Source: a bacterium (GTDB taxonomy: Bacteria > JAAXHH01). Taken from it: DNA of 64,000 nucleotides. The stretch spans positions 1,896,105-1,960,104 of the forward strand of contig OZ220749.1 in the NCBI GenBank assembly GCA_965117045.1. The letters are read 5' to 3'. Shown in pieces: positions 8,896 through 17,707 of the stretch (within the stretch, counting starts at the first letter, position 1; each line of letters begins with the position of its first letter). The translations under genes were made by a program, and so were the position numbers. The notes under the pieces were generated by a model that worked only from the letters and a program-made list of their open reading frames with translations, was not told the origin of the DNA and did not search any database.

Positions 8896-10298
8896 GCCGG
8901 TCTTCCGAATTGGGCGGGGAACGTCTGCGGGTTCAGCGCTCGCGGCGGATCCAGCTCACCGGGATGGGGGGCACCTGTCGAGACCTCGCCGACCAGGTCG
9001 TATTCCATGGCGTCGGTGATGTCCACGGAAGCGAAGTCTCCGGGGGCCAGGCCGTCGCCGGTGACCAGCACCTCGTTGTCGACCTCCGGCGCATCCGCCG
9101 CGGTCCGGCCGGTGTAGTGCCCTTCATCGGCGAGTTCGTCGATCAGCACGTCGACGGTCTTCCCGACAAAGGACCGGTTGCGGTCGAGCGATATCTCGCG
9201 CTGCAGCGCCATGAGCCGGTCGTGCCGCTCCTGCTTGACGGGCTCGGGGATCTGCCCGTCGTACCGGGCTGCCGGTGTCTGCTCTTCCTGCGAATACATG
9301 AACACGCCCATGCGGTCGAACCGCGTCTCCTCGACGAAGTCGTAAAGCTGATCGAAGTCTTCGTCGGTCTCTCCCGGAAAACCCACGATGAAGGTGGTTC
9401 TCAGCGTCGCCCCGGGTATCCGATCGCGGATCCGCTTCATTAATGCGCGCGTCTCCTTCGAGGTCGTCTCGCGGTTCATGCGGTCGAGCATGGGATCCGA
9501 TATGTGCTGCAGCGGCATGTCGATGTAATTGCAGACCCGTTCCAGGTCGGCGAAGGCATCGATCAGCGTGTCGGTGAACCGCACGGGGTGGTTGTACAGC
9601 GCCCGGATCCAGCGCACGCCCTCCACGCCGTTCAGAGCGGCGAGCAGGTCTTCCAGCCGGACCGGCTGTGCCAGGTCCTTGCCGTACCAGGTAGTGTCCT
9701 GCGAGATCAGGTTCAGCTCGACTGCGCCCTGGCCGGCCAGCGTCCGGGCCTCTTCCACGAGGGAATCCACGGTCCGGCTCCGCTGGCCGCCACGGATGGC
9801 CGGAATGATGCAGAACGTGCACCTGCGGTCGCACCCTTCGGCGATCTTGAGGTAGACGGTATGGCGGGGCGTGGTGATGACCCTCGGGTATGAATAGTCG
9901 GTGGGCAGGGGCTGCCTGCGTATCTCCCGCAGGGTCTCGTGCCGGTCGCGCAGGCGGTCCAGCAACTGGACGATGCGGGGGTATTGATGCACGCCGATCA
10001 CGGCGTCCACTTCCGGCATTTCGGCGACCAGTCCGTGGGCGTATCGCTGCGCCATGCATCCCGTGACGACGAGCGAATCGCACCGGCCGTCTTCCTTGAA
10101 CCGCGCGAGGTCCAGGATGGTTTCGATGGACTCCTCCTTGGCCGGACCGATGAACGCGCAGGTGTTCACGATGATGACGTCCGCGTCTTCGTGGTCGGCC
10201 ACCACGTTGTATCCGGCCCGGGTGAGCTGGCCCAGCATGACTTCGGAATCCACCAGGTTCTTCGAACAACCCAGGCTGGCGAGACTGATGTTGGGCAA
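8892..10298 (-). CDS. rimO: Ribosomal protein S12 methylthiotransferase RimO
   Basis: 468 aa. N-terminal MTTase domain LASLGCSKNLVDSE, radical SAM motif CDRRCTFC, C-terminal TRAM domain. TTG start. Confidence 0.9.
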   Translation of the reverse strand: MPNISLASLGCSKNLVDSEVMLGQLTRAGYNVVADHEDADVIIVNTCAFIGPAKEESIETILDLARFKEDGRCDSLVVTGCMAQRYAHGLVAEMPEVDAVIGVHQYPRIVQLLDRLRDRHETLREIRRQPLPTDYSYPRVITTPRHTVYLKIAEGCDRRCTFCIIPAIRGGQRSRTVDSLVEEARTLAGQGAVELNLISQDTTWYGKDLAQPVRLEDLLAALNGVEGVRWIRALYNHPVRFTDTLIDAFADLERVCNYIDMPLQHISDPMLDRMNRETTSKETRALMKRIRDRIPGATLRTTFIVGFPGETDEDFDQLYDFVEETRFDRMGVFMYSQEEQTPAARYDGQIPEPVKQERHDRLMALQREISLDRNRSFVGKTVDVLIDELADEGHYTGRTAADAPEVDNEVLVTGDGLAPGDFASVDITDAMEYDLVGEVSTGAPHPGELDPPRALNPQTFPAQFGRPA

Positions 10299-10328
10299 AA
10301 CGCTACTCCGCTTTCCGACCGGCGCCCT

Positions 10329-11060
10329 TCAGCGCAGGTCGACCCATTCGACTCCCTCGGGCGCCGTCATTTCAAACAGCCCGGGAGCGAGTTTCTCGTT
10401 CAGGCGGTAATCCATGAAACGCAGGGTGGTTTCAGACCCCATATCGTCCGTATACGTCACTTTCCGCGTAAGCCAGTTTTCCTCGTCCACCCAGATGCGC
10501 AGATCCGGAAGGCCATCGGCCGGTTCGACGGCCGTGAGCCTGAGCCGGGAGCACGGCATGTCATCGACCGGTTCCCTGCCCTCCAGCGCATAGAGGTAAC
10601 GGTTCGAGTAGTTGAATATGAAGTCGTCCGGTCGGCCTGGCCGGCCCGTACGCCCAGGTCCGGATTCCGTCCCCTCTTCCCCCGCCGGCGACACGATGAC
10701 CTGCCGGTTGCCGGGTACGTAGGTCCATAGCGTCTCGCCGTCTGAAACGATGGTCTGGCCGGCCTCTTCGAGGCGCAAGCGGTTCCGGTCCCTCTGCAGA
10801 TATAGGTTTCCCTCTGTCTCGCTTCGGCTTTCGAGCACGGCCGCATACGTCGTAACGGTATACCGGGCCGCCAGCGATCGCACGTCGTCGAGGCGCTTGC
10901 GCATCTTTTCGGTGACGGTTTCCGCCGAATGGATCTCACTCCGCGGTCCGACGTCCTGCAGCGGTCCGATTTCCTCCGGCGTCCCGACGCCACCCGTCGC
11001 GCCTACACCCTGCAGCGCCATCAGGCCGGTCAACAGGCCGGCCCAGAGATGCGAGGCCAT
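10329..11060 (-). CDS. LolA-like outer-membrane lipoprotein carrier/sorting family protein
   Basis: 243 aa. Signal peptide MASHLWAGLLTGLMALQG. Body resembles the LolA/LppX-fold family (YLQRDRNRLRLEE...TLWTYVPGNRQV). GGAGG lies 5 nt upstream of the ATG. Confidence 0.65.
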   Translation of the reverse strand: MASHLWAGLLTGLMALQGVGATGGVGTPEEIGPLQDVGPRSEIHSAETVTEKMRKRLDDVRSLAARYTVTTYAAVLESRSETEGNLYLQRDRNRLRLEEAGQTIVSDGETLWTYVPGNRQVIVSPAGEEGTESGPGRTGRPGRPDDFIFNYSNRYLYALEGREPVDDMPCSRLRLTAVEPADGLPDLRIWVDEENWLTRKVTYTDDMGSETTLRFMDYRLNEKLAPGLFEMTAPEGVEWVDLR

Positions 11061-11170
11061 GCCGCCTCCTCTCGCGGAAAACCTATGCGAATCACTACCT
11101 ACGCAAGCCTGGAAATATGCATCCTGATCGCGCCCGCGTCAAGTTCTACAGTGGATGGATTCCCTGATAT

Positions 11171-11212
11171 AAAGAACGGGGAAAGCCCCCGTGGGTTCCC
11201 TCCCCGTTCTTT
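11171..11212 (-). terminator. Strong hairpin downstream of the amidohydrolase gene (possible terminator)
   Basis: Perfect 12-bp arms aaagaacgggga (11171-11182) and tccccgttcttt (11201-11212) with an 18-nt loop. On the minus strand the 3' arm ends in UUCUUU followed by AUAU. Confidence 0.45.
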
Positions 11213-11263
11213 CCACTTCCGGTTGTGCTTCGACGCGCAACTGGACTGCTTCGGCCGGCCCCA

Positions 11264-12970
11264 TCACGGTATCGGGGCGCGTCCTCTCTCGTACCGCACC
11301 TTGCCGTCCACGACGGTATAGACGATTTCCGTATCCAGGATCTGGTTCTCGGGTACGGTCATGATGTCCTTCGACAGCACCGTGAAATCGGCGAGCTTGC
11401 CCTGCTCGATGGATCCGAGCACGTCTTCGTGAAACGAGCCGTAGGCGGCGTCCAGGGTATAGGAGCGCAACGCCTCCTGGCGCGACATGCGCTGGTCGCC
11501 GAACATCCCGCCTTCGGGCGTCCCGTCCGGCCGCTCACGGGTCACGCTGGCATAGAAGGAAGCGATGGGGCTGATGTCTTCGACCGGTGCGTCGGTCCCG
11601 TTGATGATCTTCACGCCATGCTGGAGCAGCTTCTGCCAGACATAGCCGCCCTCCGCCGTGCGGTCGCGGCCGAGCCGGTCCGGCGCCCAGGGAAGGTCCG
11701 AGGTGGCGTGTATGCCCTGCATCGACGCGATCACGCCCAACTGGGCGAACCGGGGGATGTCGGCCTCGTCAAGGATCTGGGTATGCTCGTCGCGGAACCG
11801 GTGGTCCTTCACGTGGGGGAATTCCTCCATCGCCTTCTCGTACATGTCGAGCATCATGCGGTTTCCGCGGTCGCCGATGGCGTGGGTGCACACCTGCCAG
11901 CCATGTTCCAGGCCGAAACGGGCGGCATCGTAGATCATGTCGGGCGGGGTCGTGGGGAATCCGGAATTCCCCGGGTCGTCTTCGTAGGGCTCCAGCAGCC
12001 AGGCGCCCCGCGAACCGAGCGCTCCGTCGCCGTACAACTTGACGGCGCGGACGGTGAGAAACCCGTCGGGGTGGGACCACGGTTTCTGCAGGGCGACCAT
12101 GGTATGCAGATTCGAGGCCATCACGTAGACGCGCATGTCCAGTTTGCCCGCGTCCGCGTACTCCTTGTACAGGTCGATCCCGTCCTCGCCGACCCCGGCG
12201 TCGTCGAACATGGTGATGCCGTTGGCCAGGCATTCCTGGATGCCGAGTTCAAGGGCCTGCCGCCGCTGGTTCTCGGTGAAGCCGGGGACGCGCACCAAGC
12301 CCATGGCCTTGTCCACCAGGATTCCCGTAGGGTTGCCGTCGGCGTCCTTGATGACGTCGCCGCCTTCGGGAGACTGCGTGTCCCGGTCGATCCCCATCAA
12401 TTCCATGGCTTTGGCGTTGGCAAAGGCGGCATGGCCGTCGGCCCTGCGCACGTAAACCGGGATATCCGGCACGGCCTCGCTCAACTTGTGGTGAGTCATG
12501 AACCCGCGGACCGTGAGCGAACTGCGGTCCGTCCATTTCTCCTCGTGCCAGCCGCGGCCGGTGATCCACTCGCCTTCTTCTTTACCGTCGGCCGCCGCAA
12601 GCACCCGTTCGATGAGTTCGTCGTAACCCGATATGCCGACCAGGTCCACCGTCATCTTGGCGATCCCGATGCTCATGAGGTGGCCGTGGCTTTCCTTCAA
12701 CCCGGGCACCATGGTCTGGCCTTCGAGATCGATTACCCGGGTATCGGGACCGATGAACGGCGCTACGTCCGCATCGACGCCCACGACGGCGATCCGGTTG
12801 CCGATGACGGCCACGGCCTGCGCCTTGGGCCGATCGGCGTCCATGGTGTAGACCATGCCGTTTTTCAGTACCAGGTCCGCGGTGGACCTGCGTACCTGGG
12901 CCTCGCCGCCCGCGGACCATACCAGGGACATCAATCCCGCGATGGCCACTGTAATCACTGACTTTCGCAT
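11264..12970 (-). CDS. Amidohydrolase family protein (amidohydrolase_3 / YtcJ-like metal-dependent hydrolase), secreted
   Basis: Likely start MRKSVITVAIAGLMSLVWSAGGEAQ (signal peptide) inside the 604-aa ORF. HGHLM..., HAIGD... and DAPVE motifs are typical of the family. Confidence 0.8.
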   Translation of the reverse strand: MRKSVITVAIAGLMSLVWSAGGEAQVRRSTADLVLKNGMVYTMDADRPKAQAVAVIGNRIAVVGVDADVAPFIGPDTRVIDLEGQTMVPGLKESHGHLMSIGIAKMTVDLVGISGYDELIERVLAAADGKEEGEWITGRGWHEEKWTDRSSLTVRGFMTHHKLSEAVPDIPVYVRRADGHAAFANAKAMELMGIDRDTQSPEGGDVIKDADGNPTGILVDKAMGLVRVPGFTENQRRQALELGIQECLANGITMFDDAGVGEDGIDLYKEYADAGKLDMRVYVMASNLHTMVALQKPWSHPDGFLTVRAVKLYGDGALGSRGAWLLEPYEDDPGNSGFPTTPPDMIYDAARFGLEHGWQVCTHAIGDRGNRMMLDMYEKAMEEFPHVKDHRFRDEHTQILDEADIPRFAQLGVIASMQGIHATSDLPWAPDRLGRDRTAEGGYVWQKLLQHGVKIINGTDAPVEDISPIASFYASVTRERPDGTPEGGMFGDQRMSRQEALRSYTLDAAYGSFHEDVLGSIEQGKLADFTVLSKDIMTVPENQILDTEIVYTVVDGKVRYERGRAPIP

Positions 12971-13092
12971 GTTTACCTCCTTGTCGCCGAGATCGGCGAC
13001 CGGCCTTCCTTCCCGGCTCAGGCCCGGGCTAGATCTCATCAGTGGGGGTCCATGCCCGGACTGAATCTCATCAGTCACGGTTAAGGCCCGGT

Positions 13093-13509
13093 CTATATCT
13101 CGTCCGCCACGCGGCGGCGGCCCACTTCCTCGTTGATGTAGGCGATGATGTCCCGCGTCGACGTACCGGGACCGAACAGCTTCCCCACACCGATTTCCAC
13201 GAGCTCCTCGGCGTCGGATTTCGGGATGATGCCGCCGCCGGTGAGGAGCATGTGTTCGACGCCCCTTTCCCGCAGCAGGTCCATGACCCGGGGGAAGATG
13301 GTCATGTGGGCGCCGGAGAGGATGCTCAGCGCGACCACGTCCACGTCTTCCTGCACGGCCGCTTCCACGATCATTTCGGGCGTCTGCCGGAGCCCGGTGT
13401 AGATGACTTCCATGCCGGCGTCGCGCAAGGCGGCGGCCACTACCTTGGCGCCGCGGTCATGGCCGTCCAGGCCCGGTTTGGCGACGAGTACCCTGATGTT
13501 TTCCGCCAT
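13093..13509 (-). CDS. Cobalamin B12-binding domain protein (methylmalonyl-CoA mutase small/C-terminal subunit-like)
   Basis: [37 protein letters not shown] carries the DxHxxG B12-binding motif. About 138 aa from the internal ATG. Confidence 0.88.
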   Translation of the reverse strand: MAENIRVLVAKPGLDGHDRGAKVVAAALRDAGMEVIYTGLRQTPEMIVEAAVQEDVDVVALSILSGAHMTIFPRVMDLLRERGVEHMLLTGGGIIPKSDAEELVEIGVGKLFGPGTSTRDIIAYINEEVGRRRVADEI

Positions 13510-13594
13510 GATCGCCTGTTCCCTCTCAATCCGCGCCGCCGCGAGGGCGGCACCACCTGGTCGATCCGCGCCACCGCGGGACGGCACCGCGTCG

Positions 13595-14533
13595 TCAGTC
13601 CGCCATCCCTTCCATCATCTCCCGGGCGGCCGCGAGAGGACTTAACTCCCTGCGGGCCACGCGTTCGGACAGGCGGTCCATCGTGTCTCCGGTATCCCGA
13701 AGCACCGCCAGCCTGCCCTGCCACCATTCTCCGAGCGCGCGCTCGATGGCCGAGCGCCCCTGGCGCAGCCGGCGAGCCTGCAGCCTGCCGGCTTCAGCGA
13801 GGTAATCGCTGTGGGCGTCCAGGTGCTCGTACAGGCCGTCGATACCGGTATCGTCCCGCGCACTGGCGCTGAGGACGGGCGGTTTCCAGCCTTCCTCCCA
13901 CCGCCCCATGTCCACGATCATCTTCAATTCCGAGGCGAACCGGTCCGCGCCTTCGCGGTCAGACTTGTTGACGACCAGCACGTCGGCGATTTCCATCAGG
14001 CCGGCCTTCATGGCCTGTATGCTGTCGCCCGATTCCGGCGTGAGCAGGACGACGGTCGTATCGCTGACGTCGGACACATCGAGGGTGGACTGGCCTACGC
14101 CTACGGTCTCCACAATGATAACGTCCTTGCCGAAGGCGTCAAGGGCCGTCATCGCGTGGGGCGTCGCCTCAGAGAGTCCGCCGGTATGGCTTCGGTCGGC
14201 CAGGCTGCGCATGAACACCTGCGGATCGTCCCACGATCCCTGCATGCGGAGACGGTCGCCGAGCAACGCGCCGCCGGTGAAGGGGCTGGTCGGGTCCACC
14301 GCGATGATGCCCACCGTGCGGCCGCTATTGCGAAACCGTGCGGTGAGGCGGTCGGCAAGGGTGCTCTTTCCGGAACCGGGCGGGCCCGTGATCCCGATGC
14401 GGCGGGCCTTGCCGGAACGGGGATACAGCCGGTCCAGGATCCGGGTCCGGCGGGGCCGGTCGTTTTCGAGCAGGGTGATGACGCGGGACAGGGCGGTCCG
14501 GTCGCCGGCAAGGAAACGGTCGAGTAGTTTCAT
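13595..14533 (-). CDS. meaB: Methylmalonyl-CoA mutase-associated GTPase MeaB/ArgK
   Basis: [24 protein letters not shown]..., P-loop GPPGSGKST and [19 protein letters not shown]. Only the last 312 aa of the 694-aa track ORF are coding in this frame. Confidence 0.9.
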   Translation of the reverse strand: MKLLDRFLAGDRTALSRVITLLENDRPRRTRILDRLYPRSGKARRIGITGPPGSGKSTLADRLTARFRNSGRTVGIIAVDPTSPFTGGALLGDRLRMQGSWDDPQVFMRSLADRSHTGGLSEATPHAMTALDAFGKDVIIVETVGVGQSTLDVSDVSDTTVVLLTPESGDSIQAMKAGLMEIADVLVVNKSDREGADRFASELKMIVDMGRWEEGWKPPVLSASARDDTGIDGLYEHLDAHSDYLAEAGRLQARRLRQGRSAIERALGEWWQGRLAVLRDTGDTMDRLSERVARRELSPLAAAREMMEGMAD

Positions 14534-14547
14534 AGCGGGATCGGAGG

Positions 14548-16257
14548 CTAAACCGTGCCGAGTTTTATGTCTTTTATTCTCAACTGGAGGCTGGTTTCGC
14601 CCCGAAAGGTGTTTTCCTCGAGCGTGTAGGCCAGGTCCAGGCGGTCCCGGCTGTCTTTCAGGCGATCGGCGAAGTGCGCCATGCCGAAACCGATCGCGTC
14701 CATTGTGCGGCCTTTCTGCCTGACCCTGAACTTCAGGTGTTTCTTTTCCATCCCGATGGTCCGGAGGTTTCCGATGACGCTCAGGTCGCGCGACACGAGC
14801 ACGGGGTGGTGGTTCGCCGGGCCGAAGGGCCCGATCATCTTCATGAGCTTGACCATGCGCGGGGTCACCTCGTCGAGTTCGATTTCCGAGTCGATTTCGA
14901 GTTTGGGGATGAAATCGGCCGGTGTCGCGCGCGCTGCGACCACTTCGTTGAATCGCCGCCTGAATTCGTCGATGCGGTCCTTTTCGATGGACAGTCCCGC
15001 CGCGTGGTGGTGGCCGCCGAACTGGATCAGCAGGTCGGAGCACTCCTTGATGGCGTTGTACAGGTGGAAATCGCCTACGGTCCGCGCCGAGCCGCGTCCC
15101 TTCTCCCCCGCGGTCGAGATCATCACGACCGGCCGATTGAAGGCCTCCACCATGCGGGACGCCACGATGCCGATGATGCCGGGATGCCAGGTTTCCGAAT
15201 CGAGTACGAGGCCTTTCGACTCCTTGAGTAGCGGATCCTTCTCCACGAGTTCCCGGGCCGCTTCGAAGGTGAGCATATCCTCCTTGCGCCGTCGCTTGTT
15301 TTCCACGTTCAACTCTTCGGCCAGTTGGGCCGCTCTTTTCTGGTCTTCGGTAATCAGGAGATCGACCACGCGCGTGGCGTCGCCCATGCGGCCGGCGGCG
15401 TTTATACGAGGCGCCAATAAGAATAGCATGTGGCCCGTGGACAGTTCCTTCTCCCGCAGTCCCGCAACGTCCAGCAGCGCCTGCAGACCCGATTTGTGCG
15501 TCTGCTGCATCATGTCCAGCCCGTACTTGGTCAGCACCCGGTTCTCGTCGCGCAGGGGGACGATGTCCGCCGTGGTGCCCAGGGCCACGAGGTCCATGTG
15601 CGTATACACCGTGTTCTCCGGCAGTCCCACGTGCTCGGCCAGCGCCTGCGCCACTTTGTACGCCAGGCCGACGCCGCAAAGCTCCTTGAAGGGGTATTCG
15701 CAGTCGTCCCGTTTCGGATTTAGAATGGCCACGCTGTTCGGAAGGGTATCGCCCGGCACATGGTGATCGATGATGACGACGTCGATGCCCATTTCGCGGG
15801 CCAGTTCCACTTCGGCGTTCGCGGTAATCCCGCAGTCGACGGCCAGGATCAGCGTCACGCCGCGGCTCCTGGCTTCCTCCAGGCCTTCGATGGACAATCC
15901 GTAACCGTCGGTCATGCGGTTGGGTATGTAGGAGGAAATCCGGTCCGTCAGCAACTTGATCGTCAGGTACAGCAGCGTGGTCGCCGTCGTACCGTCCACG
16001 TCGTAGTCGCCGAAGACCATGATGTGTTCCCCGCCCTGGATGGCGTCGTGAATCCGTTCCACGGCCAGGTCCATGTCCGCCATGAGAAAGGGACTGTGCA
16101 GGTCTTCGAGGGTGGGCTTCAGGAAATACCGGGCGTCGTCAAAGGTCGAAACGCCCCGGTTGAGCAGGATCTGCGCGATCACGCGCGGGACGTTGATCAG
16201 CTCCATCATCTGGGGAACCTGGGGATGTTCGTCTAGTAGGACCCAGCGGCTGTTCAT
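14548..16257 (-). CDS. recJ: Single-stranded-DNA-specific exonuclease RecJ
   Basis: 569 aa. DHH family motifs VFGDYDVDGTT, AVDCG, IIDHH, and a DHHA1 domain. Confidence 0.95.
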   Translation of the reverse strand: MNSRWVLLDEHPQVPQMMELINVPRVIAQILLNRGVSTFDDARYFLKPTLEDLHSPFLMADMDLAVERIHDAIQGGEHIMVFGDYDVDGTTATTLLYLTIKLLTDRISSYIPNRMTDGYGLSIEGLEEARSRGVTLILAVDCGITANAEVELAREMGIDVVIIDHHVPGDTLPNSVAILNPKRDDCEYPFKELCGVGLAYKVAQALAEHVGLPENTVYTHMDLVALGTTADIVPLRDENRVLTKYGLDMMQQTHKSGLQALLDVAGLREKELSTGHMLFLLAPRINAAGRMGDATRVVDLLITEDQKRAAQLAEELNVENKRRRKEDMLTFEAARELVEKDPLLKESKGLVLDSETWHPGIIGIVASRMVEAFNRPVVMISTAGEKGRGSARTVGDFHLYNAIKECSDLLIQFGGHHHAAGLSIEKDRIDEFRRRFNEVVAARATPADFIPKLEIDSEIELDEVTPRMVKLMKMIGPFGPANHHPVLVSRDLSVIGNLRTIGMEKKHLKFRVRQKGRTMDAIGFGMAHFADRLKDSRDRLDLAYTLEENTFRGETSLQLRIKDIKLGTV

Positions 16258-16305
16258 GAAAACTATCGATATTTGAGGGTGATCGTGTCGCGAGGTGCTG
16301 TAAAA

Positions 16306-16692
16306 CGTCCAAGCCGACCGTAAGCCGAGTTCTGTGCCTTCGCGATGAAGGTGGCGATCATCTATCTGGGACGGCTGTCGCCAGCCGCCTCGTGCGACCT
16401 TACCCGAGAGTCTCCGGTTTCCCGGCGGTCGAGACGGGCCGTCTCTCCTCTCCTATTCGGTCTTGCACCAGATGGGGTTTGTCCTGCCGGACCGGTTACC
16501 CGGACCGCGGTGAGCTCTTACCTCGCCATTTCACCTTTGCCTCCCCGAAGGGATCGGCCGTGTGTTTTCTGTGACACTTTCCGTGGCATCACTGCCCCCT
16601 GCCGTTAGCAGGCATCCCGCCCTGCGGTGCTCGGACTTTCCTCGTCCGCCTTGCTTAGCGAACGCGATCGCCTGGTCGACTTGGGACGTTTC
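16306..16692 (-). ncRNA. rnpB: RNase P RNA, bacterial type A
   Basis: The reverse complement reads ...CAAGTCGACCAGGCGATCGCG...GAGGAAAGTCCGAGCACCGCAGGGCGGGATGCCTGCTAACGGCAGGGGG...GGTAAGAGCTCACCGC...ACAGAACTCGGCTTACGGTCGGCTTGG. This contains the universal GGAAAGTCCG, GTAAGAGC and ACAGAAC-CGGCTTA blocks, with P1 pairing between the two ends. End coordinates are approximate (+/- 10 nt). Confidence 0.9.
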
Positions 16693-16700
16693 ACCTATTC

Positions 16701-16729
16701 AATATAACAAAGGTCGCTGCGTGGTTCAA
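16701..16729 (-). promoter_or_regulatory. Putative dedicated promoter of rnpB
   Basis: On the minus strand: TTGAAC (16729-16724), 17-nt spacer, TATATT (16706-16701). This places a start site a few nt before the RNase P RNA P1 stem. It overlaps the 3' flank of the COG1579 gene. Confidence 0.55.
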
Positions 16730-16741
16730 CCCCGGCGGGTT

Positions 16742-17458
16742 TCAATGCTCCAGCCCTTCTTCGAGGATCAGGATCCGGCCGCAGCTCTCGCAGGATATCA
16801 GCCTTTGCTGCTGGCGGATCTGCATGACGACCTGCAAGGGGATCACGTGAAAACAGCCGGAGCAGGCGCCCTTCTTCACCGGGACGACGGTCATGCCCCG
16901 CAGGTTCCGCCGAATCCGGTCGTATACCTTCAGGACCCGGTTCTCCACGCGCATGGCCATCCGCTTCCGCTCGTCCTTTTTGACGGCGACGTCCTCGTCC
17001 ACCGCCGACATCCTGGTCGCGAGCGCCGTGCGTTCCTCGCCGAAACGCTCGATGAGCGATTCGGTCTCGCCGCGTATGGTCTCCAGCGTCTCCTGCTCGG
17101 TCTCGGCCTCGGTTATCAACTGCAGGATCGCGTCTTCGAGTTCGGAGATGAGGTTTTTCTGCGCCTGGATCTCCGCCTGGAGGGCATCGTACTCCTTGTT
17201 GGTCTTCACACTGTAAAGCTGACCCTGGTACTTCTTGACCTGTTCCTGCGCGGCCTGCAGGTCCCGTTCGTACTGACGCCGGTTCTTATCGATGTCCTCG
17301 ACCTTCGTCTCCTGGTCCGCAAGCCTGGTTTCCGCCTCTGCCTGGGCGGTTTCCATCGTCTTCAGCTGGTTGGGTATGTCTACCTTGAATTGTTCGAGCT
17401 CGTGCAAGTCCTGATCCGTCTTCTGCAATTCCAACAGCGCTCTCAAGCTTTCCTGCAT
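16742..17458 (-). CDS. Coiled-coil / C4 zinc-ribbon protein (COG1579; HP0958/CT398-like)
   Basis: 238 aa. Long heptad-rich N-terminus and C-terminal CSGC...CESCGR zinc ribbon. GGAGGG lies 10 nt upstream of the ATG. Confidence 0.85.
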   Translation of the reverse strand: MQESLRALLELQKTDQDLHELEQFKVDIPNQLKTMETAQAEAETRLADQETKVEDIDKNRRQYERDLQAAQEQVKKYQGQLYSVKTNKEYDALQAEIQAQKNLISELEDAILQLITEAETEQETLETIRGETESLIERFGEERTALATRMSAVDEDVAVKKDERKRMAMRVENRVLKVYDRIRRNLRGMTVVPVKKGACSGCFHVIPLQVVMQIRQQQRLISCESCGRILILEEGLEH

Positions 17459-17494
17459 GCGGCTTCAGCCCTCCACGGAAATGAAAAGGCGGAC

Positions 17495-17523
17495 AAAAAA
17501 AAATGCACGCTGACCGTGCATTT
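17495..17523 (-). terminator. Rho-independent terminator (minus strand)
   Basis: On the minus strand: AAATGCACG-GTCAG-CGTGCATTT followed by six more T (a run of nine U). It lies 37 nt upstream of the COG1579 start codon. Confidence 0.7.
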
Positions 17524-17650
17524 CCCTTCGCTTCAATCTGGTTTTGCCGTGCCCCGGGTCCGAGGAGGAAACTGCAGTCGGACCGTACAGACAATAGGGC
17601 ACATTGACATATCCGTCCTTTTCCCGATACTACTTGATTTTTTGATCATA
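17495..17650 (-). ncRNA. Candidate small RNA or transcription-attenuating leader (about 155 nt) between a promoter and the intrinsic terminator
   Basis: Bounded by the promoter at 17658-17686 and the terminator at 17495-17523. No ORF. Nested stems: GUGCCC (17602-17597)/GGGCAC (17554-17549) enclosing GGUCCGA/UCGGACC (17557-17584), with a 14-nt loop CUGCAGUUUCCUCC. Confidence 0.35.
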
Positions 17651-17657
17651 GACGATA

Positions 17658-17686
17658 AAGATAATGCCGAAGGCATGTAGTGTCAA
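17658..17686 (-). promoter_or_regulatory. Putative sigma-70 promoter (minus strand) driving the candidate RNA/leader
   Basis: On the minus strand: TTGACA (17686-17681), 17-nt spacer, TATCTT (17663-17658). The spacer contains the palindrome ATGCCTTCGGCAT. Confidence 0.5.
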
Positions 17687-17707
17687 CCAAAATCAGGGGA
17701 GGATATC

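Noticed and set aside
13595-15679. 694-aa ORF read as one protein.
   Set aside because: The N-terminal 380 aa are Arg/Gly-rich nonsense overlapping recJ. MeaB begins at the internal ATG 14533.
17556-17584. Plus-strand GGGTCCGAGGAGGAAACTGCAGTCGGACC, which resembles the SRP (4.5S) RNA helix 8 motif GGUCCGGAAGGAAGCAGCC.
   Set aside because: The perfect 7-bp stem with a 14-nt loop does not reproduce the GNRA tetraloop and the symmetric/asymmetric loops of SRP RNA domain IV. There is no complementary 5'/3' closing helix, and the flanking promoter and terminator point to the opposite strand.
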